A stretch of DNA of 64,000 nucleotides from the human T2T-CHM13v2.0 reference genome, Homo sapiens. This document shows, one piece after another, positions 1 through 18,051 of this stretch (its first letter is position 1; every line of letters begins with the position of its first letter). The translations under genes were made by a program, and so were the position numbers. The notes beneath the pieces are model-generated. The model was given only the letters and a program-made list of their open reading frames with translations, had not been told where the DNA came from and ran no database searches. The stretch lies in the NCBI RefSeq assembly GCF_009914755.1, contig NC_060931.1, one strand, 5' to 3'.

Positions 1-115
1 GTGTGATGGCACGATCTAGGCTCACTGCACCCTCTACTTCCGGGTTCAAGTGATTCTCGTGCCTCAGCCTCCAAAGTAGCTGGGATTACAGGCACCCACC
101 ACCACGCCTGGCTAA

Positions 116-346
<231 letters not shown>

Positions 347-616
347 TGAAAGGGCCAAGGGCCATGAAAAAGAGAAATGCAGTGAGTGCTAAATAGAAAC
401 AGAAAGAATGAGATGACCAAGTGCAGGATGTGCGCTGCTGTCCATGTTAAGGATACACCATGCAGACAGTGGATAAACCACTGCAAACGGATGGGACACG
501 GTTCTCCTTCATCACAACTCGTTCGAAAGACAACCTATGTTTACTAAGTAATCAACTAAACACTGAAAATAACCTTATGTATCTGAAATAACACGCCTCA
601 AACATGAACTCCCTTC

Positions 617-1448
<832 letters not shown>

Positions 1449-2653
1449 CATTCATTCCAGAAAACTTGATACATGTTTTATAAGTCCGGTGACCAGGGAA
1501 AAGATGATTAATGGCCACTACTTATCAAATAATTAATTCATCAAGCATCCATGGACCATCTAGTATATACATCACATTGTATCACAACGTGAAGACACAA
1601 AACACTAGTGGGATGTACTCAAGGTACTCAGTCTACACGGAGAAAATACAACTTATTCACATTGGAGTATCAGTCACAGAGGTATTCTTAACATAGCAAA
1701 CTGCATGGAAACTTGGAGAAAATTTTAATTAGGAACTAACAACTTTAGTTGGGTTTTTCCAGCAGCGATCACCCTGGCTAAAAATTGTGCAGAGGGAAAC
1801 ATTCATTCGAGGAAGAGGAACAGCCTCAGAGTCGTGAAATTTCTACCCAAGGCCAAGCCAAGGTCTCACAGATGAGAGGAGAGCTGGGTGAGGGCCTGGG
1901 TTTGGCTGACAGCGCCAAGTCCCACTCCACAAGGTGGGTATTACACTCGCTTTACAGGTGTGACTCAGAGAAATAACATGACTTTTCCCCAGAGTCACCT
2001 CATTAACACTCCACAGAGCAGAAAAAACTCCAGCCCTCAGGCTGCAAATCTTGTGCTCTTTTTCTATGCTAAGAGTCTCTGATGATGTAACTTCTGCAAC
2101 ACCACAGAGAACCAGCTAATTTCTCTAATACATGAAAACCTCCAGAGAATTTCTAAGATCAATCTTAGAAACAGAAAATCTCAGTAACAGAAAAATGGAA
2201 AAAAGGAACGGAGAAAAGGAAAACAATAGGAAAAATGCTCAACCTCATTCATTCTGTGAATTGTTCTCTGATCACAATGCCAAGGCTTCATTGTGAAGGT
2301 GACGGTGTGGGTAACAGGCACGTATCCACTGGTCATGTGCATATGACAGAATTCTAGTTGGCACTAAAAATCACCTGTGCATTCACACGACATTTCTAGA
2401 AGGGTCTCAAAACCAGACTGGCTGGGAAGCAGTCAAGGTTGATTAGGTTGAATTTTGTACCGATGACTAGTAGTACTTATTCCAACAAACCCTCTCCACA
2501 ATTTACCCTGTTATTCATACCTACAATTGAAGCTTAAAGCCAATCTTGAAAGCCAAGTTTTCAGAAAAGCCCAAAGCCAGTAATTTTATATAAACAGTTT
2601 ATGGATGTATACAACAAACTCAAACCACACTTCTTTGCTTTCTGTGTGTTTTA

Positions 2654-3741
<1,088 letters not shown>

Positions 3742-4279
3742 TTATTCTCTACAAATATAACCTATGGTTTCCAAATATCACCTGTCCTTTCCCATAGTTA
3801 CAATTTCCTATACTTGAATCATATACTACCTGGACAAGGCCAATGCCAATAATGCTTATGAGCATTTTTTTGTTTTGTTTTGAATTCAATGGAACTATTT
3901 CCAGTGGTTTCATTCTTAAATGTCAGCTCTTGGTTTAATTGTATTTTTCTCTATCATGTTAAGAAAGTATCCATTTAGTCCATATTTTTCTAATAAACTT
4001 TTGTGATCAGAAATGGATTTTTCAACAAAATTCTAACTCCTCGCCCTCCGGACAATCATTTATGATTAAGTATCATTATTCCTAATTTAAAGAAAATTAA
4101 GGCTCAGCGCTGAAGAACAGAACTCAAATACACTGGCTCCAAATCCCACATGCTTTCCACTATACCAGTAGTTCTTAACCAAGGAGGGAGGCTTTTTATA
4201 ATAATCTCTCCTCAAGCAGCCCTACCCCTTGCCAGTTCAGATGGGAACCATGCATATCTATTTCTCTAGGTTAAGAATT

Positions 4280-4898
4280 GTAGCAGTTTCTCAAAATGTT
4301 TTGTTAGCAGCATTATGACTCAGCAATTCCACTCCCAGATATACACAAGAGAAATAAAAACATAAGTCCATACAAAATTCTTTTTTTTGAGACAGGATCT
4401 CACTCTGTCACCCAGGCTGGAGTGCAGTAGTATGATCAGGGCCCACTGCAGCCTCGGGCTCAAGCAATCCTTCTGCCTGAGCCTAGCCTCCCAAGTAGCT
4501 GGGACTACAGGCATGTGCCACCAAAGTGATCCTCCCGCCCCTCCCCAGCCCCCTAAAGTGCAGGGGAAGCCACCGCACCTGGCCCATACAGAATCTTGTA
4601 CAGGGGCTGGGAGGGTTGGCTCATGCCTGTAATCCCAGCACTTTAGGAGGCTGAAGCTGGCAGATCACTTGAGGTCAGGAGTTTGAGACCAGCCTGGGCA
4701 ACATGGTGAAACCCCATCTCTAACTAAAAATAACTAAAAATACAAAAATGAGCCGGGCATGGTGGCTCGCACCTGTAATCCCAGCTACTCAGGAGGCTGA
4801 GACACGAGAATCACTTGAACCCAGGAGGCGGAGGCTGTAGTGAGCTGAGGTGGCGCCACTGCACTCCAGCCTGGGTGACAGGACAAGACTCTTGCCTC

Positions 4899-4930
<32 letters not shown>

Positions 4931-5410
4931 TCTTGTAATGTTCACAGCAACGTTAGTCCTAAGAGCCAAAAGGTGGAAACAATGCAAATGTACATCAAAT
5001 GAGGAACGGCTGAACAAAACGTAGTGTGATCTATGTAATGGAATATTATTTAGACAGACAAATGATGCACTGATAACATGCTACACCGATGATCTCGAAA
5101 ACATTTTGCTAAATGGAAGCAGCCAGTCCAAAAGACCGCATATTGTTTGATTCCAGTTACATAATATGTCCAGAATAGGCAAATCCATAGAAATAGAAAG
5201 CAGATTAGTGGTTACTTAGGGCTGGGTTGGGAGGGGAGGTGATGGGGAATGACTGCCAATATGGGGTTTCTTTTTGGGTTGATGGCATGTTCTAGAATGT
5301 GGTGATGGTTATGCAAGTCTGAACATACTGAAAACCATTAAATTGCACACTTTAAATGGGTGAATCGCATGGTATGTAAACTATATCTCAACAAAGCTAC
5401 TGAAAAATTG
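4280..5410 (+). mobile_element. Old L1 (L1M-type) 3' fragment, interrupted by Alus
   Basis: L1 3' motifs gcaattccactcc, aatgttcacagca..ggaaacaa, atggaatattatt and gtatgtaaactatatctcaacaaagct. Confidence 0.7.
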
Positions 5411-6440
5411 CTGCACTATACGACAGTTTATATAGCACTCTCACACACACCAGCAATCAAACATCATCAGCTCACTTGTTTGAAATATAAAATTCGAAAT
5501 ACTTGATGCTTCTTAATACATGGACTTACACACAGAAAACTCACTGTAATGGAGCACAGACCTCTGGCTCTTACATTTAATCCTCCTCTTGTGACCTCCT
5601 ACCAACATCTAGTAATGTAGTGCAGGTTATATTTCTCAATATCCTCTCCAAAAAGGTGAACGAAAGGGCTTGTTTAGATTTATGCACAGCTATCATAAAA
5701 GAAAGATGAAAAAGGACAGGAAATGTACATGTCCTGCCATGGGTATCTGTCATTATGAAGCATTCGATCCCACCAATACGGAGGAAAAAGTCAAAGAAGA
5801 AACACACTAAGAGAACTCACTCTGAAATGCAGATAATCCACACCTTCCTCCCCAAACCAGCACTCCCTTCCTTCTTACAAACCCTGCTGGGTGAAGGACG
5901 GTCTCTGACCCTATGTTGCACACTCCTGTGAGAACTTGGTTGAATTCCACCTTCAGAGGTTAACAAGTACTTGACTTCTTCATATCAAGGCTGCTTATTT
6001 CCCTACAACTGCCATTCGCTGGCCTTAAGATCTTTCTCTCTTGGGGGCCAGAATGCATTTTTGAAACTGGCGAGACTGGTTCTCATATCCTAGAGTCTTC
6101 TCTAACTTTACTCACTGTTTCCATCCCTGTCCCAATCTTCCCCTAAATGCGCTCCTGCTTATCAATACCTTTCAGCCTGCTATTTAGTATATCAGGCTTC
6201 GAACCTCCGCTGGGCTACTTTCTGAACTCATCAAACAAACTAGTGACTATTTCTAATTAATTACTAGTTTTATCATAGATCTGACTTGGAAGTGGCGGGG
6301 AGAGAGGACTTTCCCACCAAAAAATTAAACTGTTAAAAAAAATTAACCAGCCGGGCACAGTGGCTCACACCTGTAATCCCACCACTTTGGGAGGCCGAGG
6401 CAGGAGGATCACCTGAGGTCAGGAATTCGAGACCAGCCTA

Positions 6441-6672
<232 letters not shown>

Positions 6673-6714
6673 CTATGGTGTACTGCAGCCGTTTTTAAAA
6701 ATCAGCTTTATTAA

Positions 6715-6835
6715 GGTATCTACTGGGTGGAGGCCAGGGATGCTGCTGAACACCCTACAATGCACAGGATGGCCTCCACATTAGCAAAGGATCATCTGCT
6801 CCGAATGCACATATTGTGGAAGCAGAAGAACCCTG
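6715..6835 (+). mobile_element. MER20 (hAT-Charlie) fragment
   Basis: gggtggaggccagggatgctgctgaacaccctacaatgcacagga resembles the MER20 consensus. Confidence 0.65.
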
Positions 6836-7608
6836 CTGTGAGTTCTCGATACCCCAGCCACCAGACTCAGACTCTTCCCATCACACCTCTCTCTGCTTCT
6901 TCACATTAATATAACGCTCATACTCCACCCCTAGAATCTGGGCTTGGCCATATGAATCAGCATCACCCATGAATCATGGTGGTACCTTAACTCAACAGTC
7001 ACTTCTGAAAGTGTGCTGAATGACATCAATCTCCACATGATGTACCCATCTGAGATTGTTTTCAAAAAGGGTCCTAGTAATTCCTCCTGATTCTGTCATT
7101 CCTTCCACCCACCTCCTTTCCAATATGAATCCAGCCACTCTCATCAAGAGATGGGTTATCTCTCTACCTCCATAATCTGAACTTGGTCATGTGACTTGGT
7201 TTTGACTAATGGAGCCTAAGCAAGTATGAGATAGGCAAGGCTTGAAAAGTGCCTGTGAGCTGGGACTCGCTGCTGGGACCTTCCACCACCACGTGAAGAA
7301 GCCTGGGTTAACCTGGAGGTGAGAGACTGTGGGTGAGGCCACTGCAGTTCATCCAGTGTTAAATTGTGAGAATTAACAAATATTTGTTTGGGGTAGTTTG
7401 AGACAAGCAAACACTAATACCGTATTTCACAGCTCCAAACTAAACTGACTTACGAAAAGCAAATCATACTCAATTCCTATTGAGATGTCAGTCAAAGCCC
7501 GAGATCTATCTTTCTCTGCAAGTGTTACTGTTAAGCAACACCTGCACCAAGTGTAATGGAACAGATGAACCTGGGGATCAGGGTACAGGACTTTAAGCAA
7601 ACAATTAG

Positions 7609-7881
<273 letters not shown>

Positions 7882-8665
7882 TAACAATTAGGGCACATGA
7901 CATGCCTCTACAGCTCACCTAACTCCATATCAGGAAGACACCTCATCAAATGCCTTGAAAAAATCCAGATATACTATGTTCCAGCACTCCCATGGCTGGC
8001 AGTCAAAAACCCTATTCCAAAATTAGTTCGATCAAAATTAGTTGAAAAGGTTCTTAAACACACCCATATTGACTCCTACATGATCATCTCTTTCAGGTCT
8101 GATCTTTGCTTCTACAATTTCTCCTGGAATCAATGTCATGCTCACTTTAAATGGGGTTATTTATCTGTGTCCAGACCTCTACCACTTCCATTATCCCAAG
8201 GCTATTCTCAAAAATGAATTATAAACATTAGTTGAACTCATCAATTGGGACAACTTACCCCAAACCACACTCTTGACCTTATGCAGAATCATTCACTTTT
8301 AAAGTCAAACTCTTGTAACCTCCCAGTCCCCACTCTTACCTATAAGACTTACTCTTGAATACTGTCCTTTCTCTCTTAGCACGTTCCCTTCAGGCTTTAG
8401 TCCTTCCCTGCAAAGTTCATGGAGACCCAGCAACTCCATTCTTTCTGCAGGCATATCACTGTCTTGTCCTTCTGCTACACCATCCCTAAAATACCCAGAT
8501 CAATCCAACCCCCTGCCCCTCCTCCCACTCTTGCAGCCAAGATTTAGGTGAGGGAGGGGGACACTGAGAGAGAGAACTAGAGGTTGAAGTCACTACAAAC
8601 GGCCTGGCAATCCTAGGTTATTGCCTGCCACCTCTTCTTCATAGAGGAACGTGACCATTAGTTAA

Positions 8666-8979
<314 letters not shown>

Positions 8980-9173
8980 AAGCCTTTCTTCCAAAAGTAG
9001 CTGCATTGATCACTGCCTCCTTTGTTGAGTGCCAACAAAAGATGTTTCTTCCCCCTCCATGGATTCCCACTGGTCATTCTATTACATTCTTCTATTGTCC
9101 CTCTCCTACTCTTCCCCATTAACATACAGTGAAAGTTAAGATTTAAAAAAATGAGGCCTGGCGCAGTGGCTCA

Positions 9174-9563
<390 letters not shown>

Positions 9564-10780
9564 TCAATGTTTCACTCCCTCCTCAACCCCACAGCCCTAC
9601 ACAGTCGTCACTGTCTTCCGACCCCAGGCATCCAGTGCTCTTGGTCTTCATCTTAAGTCTGAACTCACAGAGGCATCTAACCCTGATGACCGCTCTTTCC
9701 TGAGGCTCTCCTCCCCTTGTCAGCCTTCTTTCCTGGTCTTTCCTTCCTCGTTCCAGTCACTACTTAAGTGCCAACCACTCCCTAGCGCTTTACACTGTGA
9801 CACAGATGCTACATTTTTTTCTGGGTGACCTTTGTTCTGCATGGTTCCAACACACATGGATACAAAGCGGCTCCCTCTTGAATGTCAGTTCTACCAGGGA
9901 AGAGGATATTATATTCTGCAGCTGTTAGGCCAGCCTGGTTATTAGTGGATCCTAAATGTTTCTTTGCTTACACTGTGCCAGGGCACTGTTACGAATGGCG
10001 GTCAAATTGACCTGTAGCCAAGTTAATTTGCCTCCACTTAAGTGTTTCCTCAAATTCAGCAGAACACCAGAATTCATCTTTTCCACCATTTTCTCCTCCT
10101 CTTTCTTCTTCTATCTCTGGCCACCCATTTCTGCCTCTCCAACCTGCCCTTGCCGTTCTTGTCCAGGTCCCTGAAGACTAGACCTGACAATCTACTCCTC
10201 AGCCTCCCCTTGCTCTGCCTCACTGTCCTACTCAGTTTCCACACTGCTGCCTGGGATCTCGCCACACCAAAAATTAGATTATGGTCCTCTTCAGCCTGAA
10301 GAGACTCACCATGGCTTAAGAAGAAACAAACCTCAGAAGGCCCTTCGTGAACTGTTTCCTGTTAACCTCTTTCAACTCATTTCCTGCTACTCCCTCAAAA
10401 AGCGCACCACCACAGCATTCCCTGAATGCCACCAACAAGGACTAAACAAATCACGCCACCAGTTCTCCTTTTCCATCCTGAAACTAAGCGTCCTATGCCC
10501 TCTGCCTGGCTATTCCTTCCTCCAACCTCTCCCCCTCCCTCAAGTTTCCCAAAGACACTGCGCAGGCATCACTTCCTCTAGGAAACCCTCCCTGACGACC
10601 AGTGTCAACTAAGCGTCCGTCTCCAGTAGCACAGCACCCTAGGCTTACTTCAATTTCTTTTGTGGAATCAAGATCCCCACAGATGTTCAACAGGACTCCC
10701 ATCACAACCGTATCTTTCCTAGGATTTTAGATCAGTGCATTTATTTCTTTCACCTGCCTAAAATGTCTACAAAATATTCA

Positions 10781-11146
<366 letters not shown>

Positions 11147-12554
11147 CTAGCATCTCTTTTCTTCCTTTGATCTTCACCCAAATCCTCAAAACATGCTCCA
11201 AACTCCAGTTTGCAAATTCCACATAAAACTATATTATTCTGGTTTTTACTTGCTATACAAAAGGTTTTCTCTTCCTCCCAGATCTGTTTCTTTTGAGTGA
11301 GGTATCTGCTTCCATTCGGTTCTGAGTGGTACCCTCATGCCTCCTGGCAATATCTCTAAGACTCCAAACAGCAAAACTACAGCACTTACCTCATGTTAAA
11401 AATCTCAAGCTCTCCTTTGTTAAATGACATTCAAAAAACACACTGCAATCGTGGGATCGAATGTTTTCTAAAAGAAACCGGGTTACACTTGTATTGAGTA
11501 ATACATCTTTCAACTGTCCTAAAGGAAATGAGTTCTTCTGTATTTAAACCTAGATGACACGCCACCACCTCAAGGTTAACCAATGGAAAAATTATTAAAT
11601 ATGCAGCAGTTTAAAAGGATTTTCCATGCATCTGCAAGCAATGGAACATATGCTAAAATTAATTGAAAGAGATCAATTGAAACAACAGCTGGTATCCACT
11701 TTACCCATGACCCCTTTTCTAGAAAAAACAAAAACTTAAAACAAGAGCCTTAGACTTCGTTTTTTTTTTTTTTTTTTGGAGATAGCGTGTCGCCCAGGCT
11801 AGAGTGCAGTGGCACAATCTCAGCTCACTGTAGCCTGTCTCCCTGGTTCTAGTGATTCTCATGCCTCAGCCTCCAAGCAGCTGGGACTATAGGCGCACGC
11901 CACCATGCCCGCTAATTTTTTTTTTTTTTTTTTTTGAGACAGTCTCACTCTGTTGCCCAGGCTGGAGTGCAGTGCAAGCTGCGCCACCCCGGGTTCACGC
12001 CATTCTCCTGCCTCAGCCTCCCGAGTAGCTGGGGCTACAGGTGACCGCCACCACGCCCGACTAATTTTTTTGTATTTTTAGTAGAGACGGGGTTTCACCG
12101 TGTTTGCCAGGATGGTCTTGATCTCCTAACCTCGTGATGCACCCACCTCAGCCTCCCAAAGTGCTGGGATTACAGGTGTGAGCCACCGCGCCCGGCCTAA
12201 TTTTTGTATTTTCTGTAGAGACAGGGCTTCACCATGTTGGCCAGGCTGGTCTCAAACTCCTGACCTCAGGTGACCCGCCCGCCTCCACCTCCCAGAGTGC
12301 TGGGAATACAGGCGTGAGTCAGCCAGCCTCCCAAAGTGCTGGGATTACAAACCATGAGCCTTAGACTTTGAAAAAAAAAATTTTAAGGCAAATTAAACAT
12401 TTCCACCTTTAAAATCAGAAGATTATCACTTTATAAAACTGTTGTGAAATTAAATGGGAAAAGTACATAAAAATGCTTCCCAAGGTGACAGTAAACGTCA
12501 AACTATATTACAATATTTCATCTAAGTGTGTAATTTAAAAAATCTCGTCTTCCC

Positions 12555-12897
<343 letters not shown>

Positions 12898-12912
12898 TCA
12901 TCATTTATTAAT

Positions 12913-12961
12913 ACACACACACACACACACACACACAGACACACACACACACACACACACA
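12913..12961. repeat. (CA)n microsatellite
   Basis: About 24 CA units with one GA interruption. Confidence 0.95.
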
Positions 12962-14987
12962 GCCAGATGATGAAAAGAGAAAACCAAGATCAAAATGCAA
13001 CAGGGTACCAAAAAATGAAAGTAACAGGTAGTTGTAATTCACTCAGCAAGTGTTTTTGAGAATCTACATGCCACAGCTCCAAATAATGTTGGTAGAAATA
13101 CATTCTATGTAAGTTGTAAAAATTTAATCTGTTAATGATAGCTTTGTTTGAAGTTGTGCCATATTGTTTGCCCTTCCTCAATAAATAGATCAAGTTCCAA
13201 ACATCTGAAGTCTTTTTCTACATGGCCAGCAAACGATGAAAAACAAAAACATGCCTGCAGGTGGATCACTTGAGGTCAGGAGTTCGAGATCAGCCTGGCT
13301 AACATGGTGAAACCTGGTCTCTATTAAAAATGCAAAAATTAGCCAGGCGTGGTGGTGGGCACCTGTAATCCCAGCTACTGGGGAGGCTGAGGTAGGAGAA
13401 TTGCTTGAATCCAGGAGGGGGAGGTTGCAGTGAGTTGAGATTGCACCACTGTACCCCAGCCTGGGCAACAGAGCAAGACTGTCTCCAAAAAGCCATCTTC
13501 CAAATTGGTAAATAATCCCCGAGGAGGCCAGAAGAGTAAGAAAATACAGATAAAAGACCGATGTGCTGAAAAATGGTGAAGCTGGGTGTACGGGGGTTAC
13601 TGTACTATTTGTCTTTATTTTGTATGTTTGAAAGTTTCCATTAGTCAAAGGGAAAAAAAAGGCAATCACTCCAAAGAAGCATAAGGGAGATGGGCCCTTG
13701 CCTCAAATAAGCTGGCATCGAGCCTACCCCTGCTTCAACCTCATTTTCCTTCCTAGAGGACAAAGGGCAATGGGTGCCTTTTGAATTCTGAAACATGTAT
13801 ACATAATACCTATTCAAACACATCTTTCAAAACTTTCAAGGTCCTGTACTAGTGAGGACCTTAAACATTATTCTTAGCTGGTTTTCCAGCAATTCCCCTC
13901 TTGGGTCTGTCTTAACGTACGAATTGTGCCTGAAAGATACCAGATACTCCTCCATGTACAACTCATTTATGGGGACATGACCATCCTAAGTGGAGGAGCT
14001 TACTGAATGCCTACTGCTTTTGCACCATCATAAAGTTGAAAAATTGTCAGGTTAAGGTCAGGCGCAGTGGCTCATGCCTGTAACCCCAGCACTTCCAGAG
14101 GCCAAGGCGGGCACATCACCTGAGGCCAGGAGTTGGAGACCAGCCTGGCCAACATGGGGAAACCCCATTTCTACTAAAAATACAAAAATTAGCCGGGCGT
14201 GGTGGTACATGCCTGTAATCCCAGCTACTTGGGAAGCTGAGGCAGGAGAATCGCTGGAACTCAGGAGGCAGAGGTGGTAGTAAGCTGAGATCGCGCCACT
14301 GCACTCCACCCTGAGCAATAGAGCAAGACTGTCTCAAAAAAAAGAAAAGAGAAAAGAAAAATCGTTAAGTTAAACCATCTGAAATCAGGGACCATCTATA
14401 CCCACACATCAATATTATTTACAATGTAAATTTGGAAACAGCCTGAATACTAAGCAAAAAAATAATTAAATTATGATATATCCACAGGATTATTCAGCTA
14501 CTGAAAATAATGACAGAATATCATTGAAATGATGTCAAGTGAAAAAAGCAAGGTGCAAAAGAATATAAACTGTAGAAAAAGACACGATGGAAATATCCCT
14601 GCATGTGAATCATTATGGTGATTCTTCTTGTCATTTCCCCCCGAAATTTCTAGCATCCTGAAAGGCCACCAACATTTTTGTCTTCAGTAGTCAATCCCAT
14701 TGTTCACAGCCTTCCAAAGACTACAGACTCCCTTAAATAGGCATGGCATTCCAAGATCCAAGATATTCTAGAATATTCCTTCCCTACTCCCTTGTCCCCA
14801 CTAGCTTTCCTCGCCTTGGAATGCCCTTTTCTGTTGTTCGTATTCTCCTCTCCTGTTCATTCTTCTCGCCTTTCTGAGTAGGGTCTTTTCAACCTAGTAG
14901 GAAAAATAACTTCCAGTCTTAACCTCTATTACACAGATACAAGACCCAATGTGAAGGTTTGAAAATAATAACATCTATTCTCTATAG

Positions 14988-15457
14988 TAGGGGTCCCCAA
15001 CGGGTCCATGGCCTGTCACGAACCTGGCTGCAGAGCAGGAAGTCTGTCACTCCCCACTGCTCGAATTACCACCTGAGCTCCGCCTCCTGTCAGATCAGCG
15101 GTGGCATTAGATTCTCAAAGGAGTGCCAACTCTACTGTGAACTGCACACAAAAGGGATGTAGGCTGCATGGTCCTTATGAGAATCTAATGCCTGATGATC
15201 TGTCACTGTCTCCCATCACCCCCAGACGGGACCATCTAATTGTAGAACAAGCTCAGGGCTCCCACTGATCCTACATTACGGTGAGTTGTATAATTATTAC
15301 ATTACATACTACAATGTAGCAATAATAAAGTGCACAATAAATGCAATGTGCTTGATTCATCCCCAAACCATCCCCTTACCCCTCACCCCACCCAGTCCAT
15401 GGAAAAACTGTCTTCCATGAAACGGGTCCCTGGTGCCAAAAAGGTTGGGGACCACTG
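14988..15457 (+). mobile_element. MER1A-type hAT-Charlie DNA transposon
   Basis: Terminal inverted repeats aggggtccccaac / gttggggaccactg. 8-bp TSD ctctatag (14980-14987) / ctctttag (15458-15465). Confidence 0.85.
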
Positions 15458-16162
15458 CTCTTTAGCCTACCCAGGCCAGGCGGGCCCTCACATTATAACA
15501 TACTGCCAATGAGTATGGGGTTATCCGCATGGCTACTCACTATGCTGCACCTCCACTGCAAAGACATGCTCACTGCTTCATGTTAGATTGCTACAAAAGC
15601 AGTCTGTATAGAAACAGTCAAAAATTCAAGCTGATTTCTACATTCTTAAAGAACTAGCACCATAGGCATTTTGTTTCCCAGATCTGGGTTTTTTAAATAT
15701 GGTAGCTTTAGAGTCATATGAGTAATTCCTTTCAGACAGCTCAAGAAATGTAAATCATCTCTACGGCTTCAAAAGAAACCTGGCTTTTTAAAGCCTTCCC
15801 CTCGCTCCCTTAGCCATTCCTCACTTCCCTGCCCACGGCAGCTGCTCTTCATACTCAGCTTGCGGCAGGTTGGGGGTGGATCAGTGACTCCTCTTCAGCT
15901 ACTGTCATTACGTGTTCAGCTGGCCACTGCTGTCACTGTCATACTCCCAACTCGGACACCCCTGCTCAGAGGAAAGCTGGGTACCTGGGTCCCACTCACC
16001 AAAATGGGCTTTCTCTCTCCAAAGACAGGTACCCTTCCAAAGGTTAAGAAGCCCAAGAGTTTATTTGGAATAATTTTATTGTTTTAATGTTATGTTAAAA
16101 ATCTAAATTATGTAAGAACACTCTCTTTCCTATTCACAACCAAAACTTTTTTTTTTTTTTAG

Positions 16163-16457
<295 letters not shown>

Positions 16458-16581
16458 TAATGCCATGCAGCACATATTAGTAGTATTCAACTCAGGTAAA
16501 GAAAAGTCTATTTCTGTAGGACACACACTTAACAAGTGAAATGCTGGGAGCAATTTAACTAAGACTTCACCAGTTCTTTAA

Positions 16582-17016
<435 letters not shown>

Positions 17017-17637
17017 TAAATCAGTTTTCGTGTAACTAATTTTCTACCACTCAAATTCATAAATTCATTTAGCAAAATATCAAAATTTTCAAGATTTCTA
17101 CAAATGACAATTTTAAGTAAAATAATATGTTTTGGTAGTTAATCAAAATGATAGCTGACACCTAAAATGGAATTTGGGGAAGATACAGAAAAATAATTCT
17201 GAGAGGAGAGGCCATAAGGCAGCTGGTATTGGTAGCCTTTGTAGAAAGGCAACATTTAGCTGCATTATAATTATAGACCGGGCTGGGTATGGTGGCTCAC
17301 ACCTGTAATCCCAGTACTTTGGGAGGCCAAGATGGGCAGACTGCTTGAGTCCAGGAGCTCAAGACCAGCCTGGACAACATGGCAACACCCCGTTCCTACA
17401 AAAAACGGTACAAAAAAATAGCCAGGTGTGGTAGCATGCTCCTGTAGTCCCAACTACTTGGGTGGCTGGGGCTGGAGGGTCGCTTTAGCCTGTGAGGTGG
17501 AGGCTGCAGTGAGCCATGCTCCAGCCTGGGTGACAGAGTGAGACCTTGCCTCAAAAAAAAAAAAAAAAAAAAACAAGCAATCAAACGCACACATAATTAT
17601 AGACTGGAATATCTGGTAAAACACTAAGTAACTTTCA

Positions 17638-17856
<219 letters not shown>

Positions 17857-17859
17857 TCA

Positions 17860-18051
<192 letters not shown>
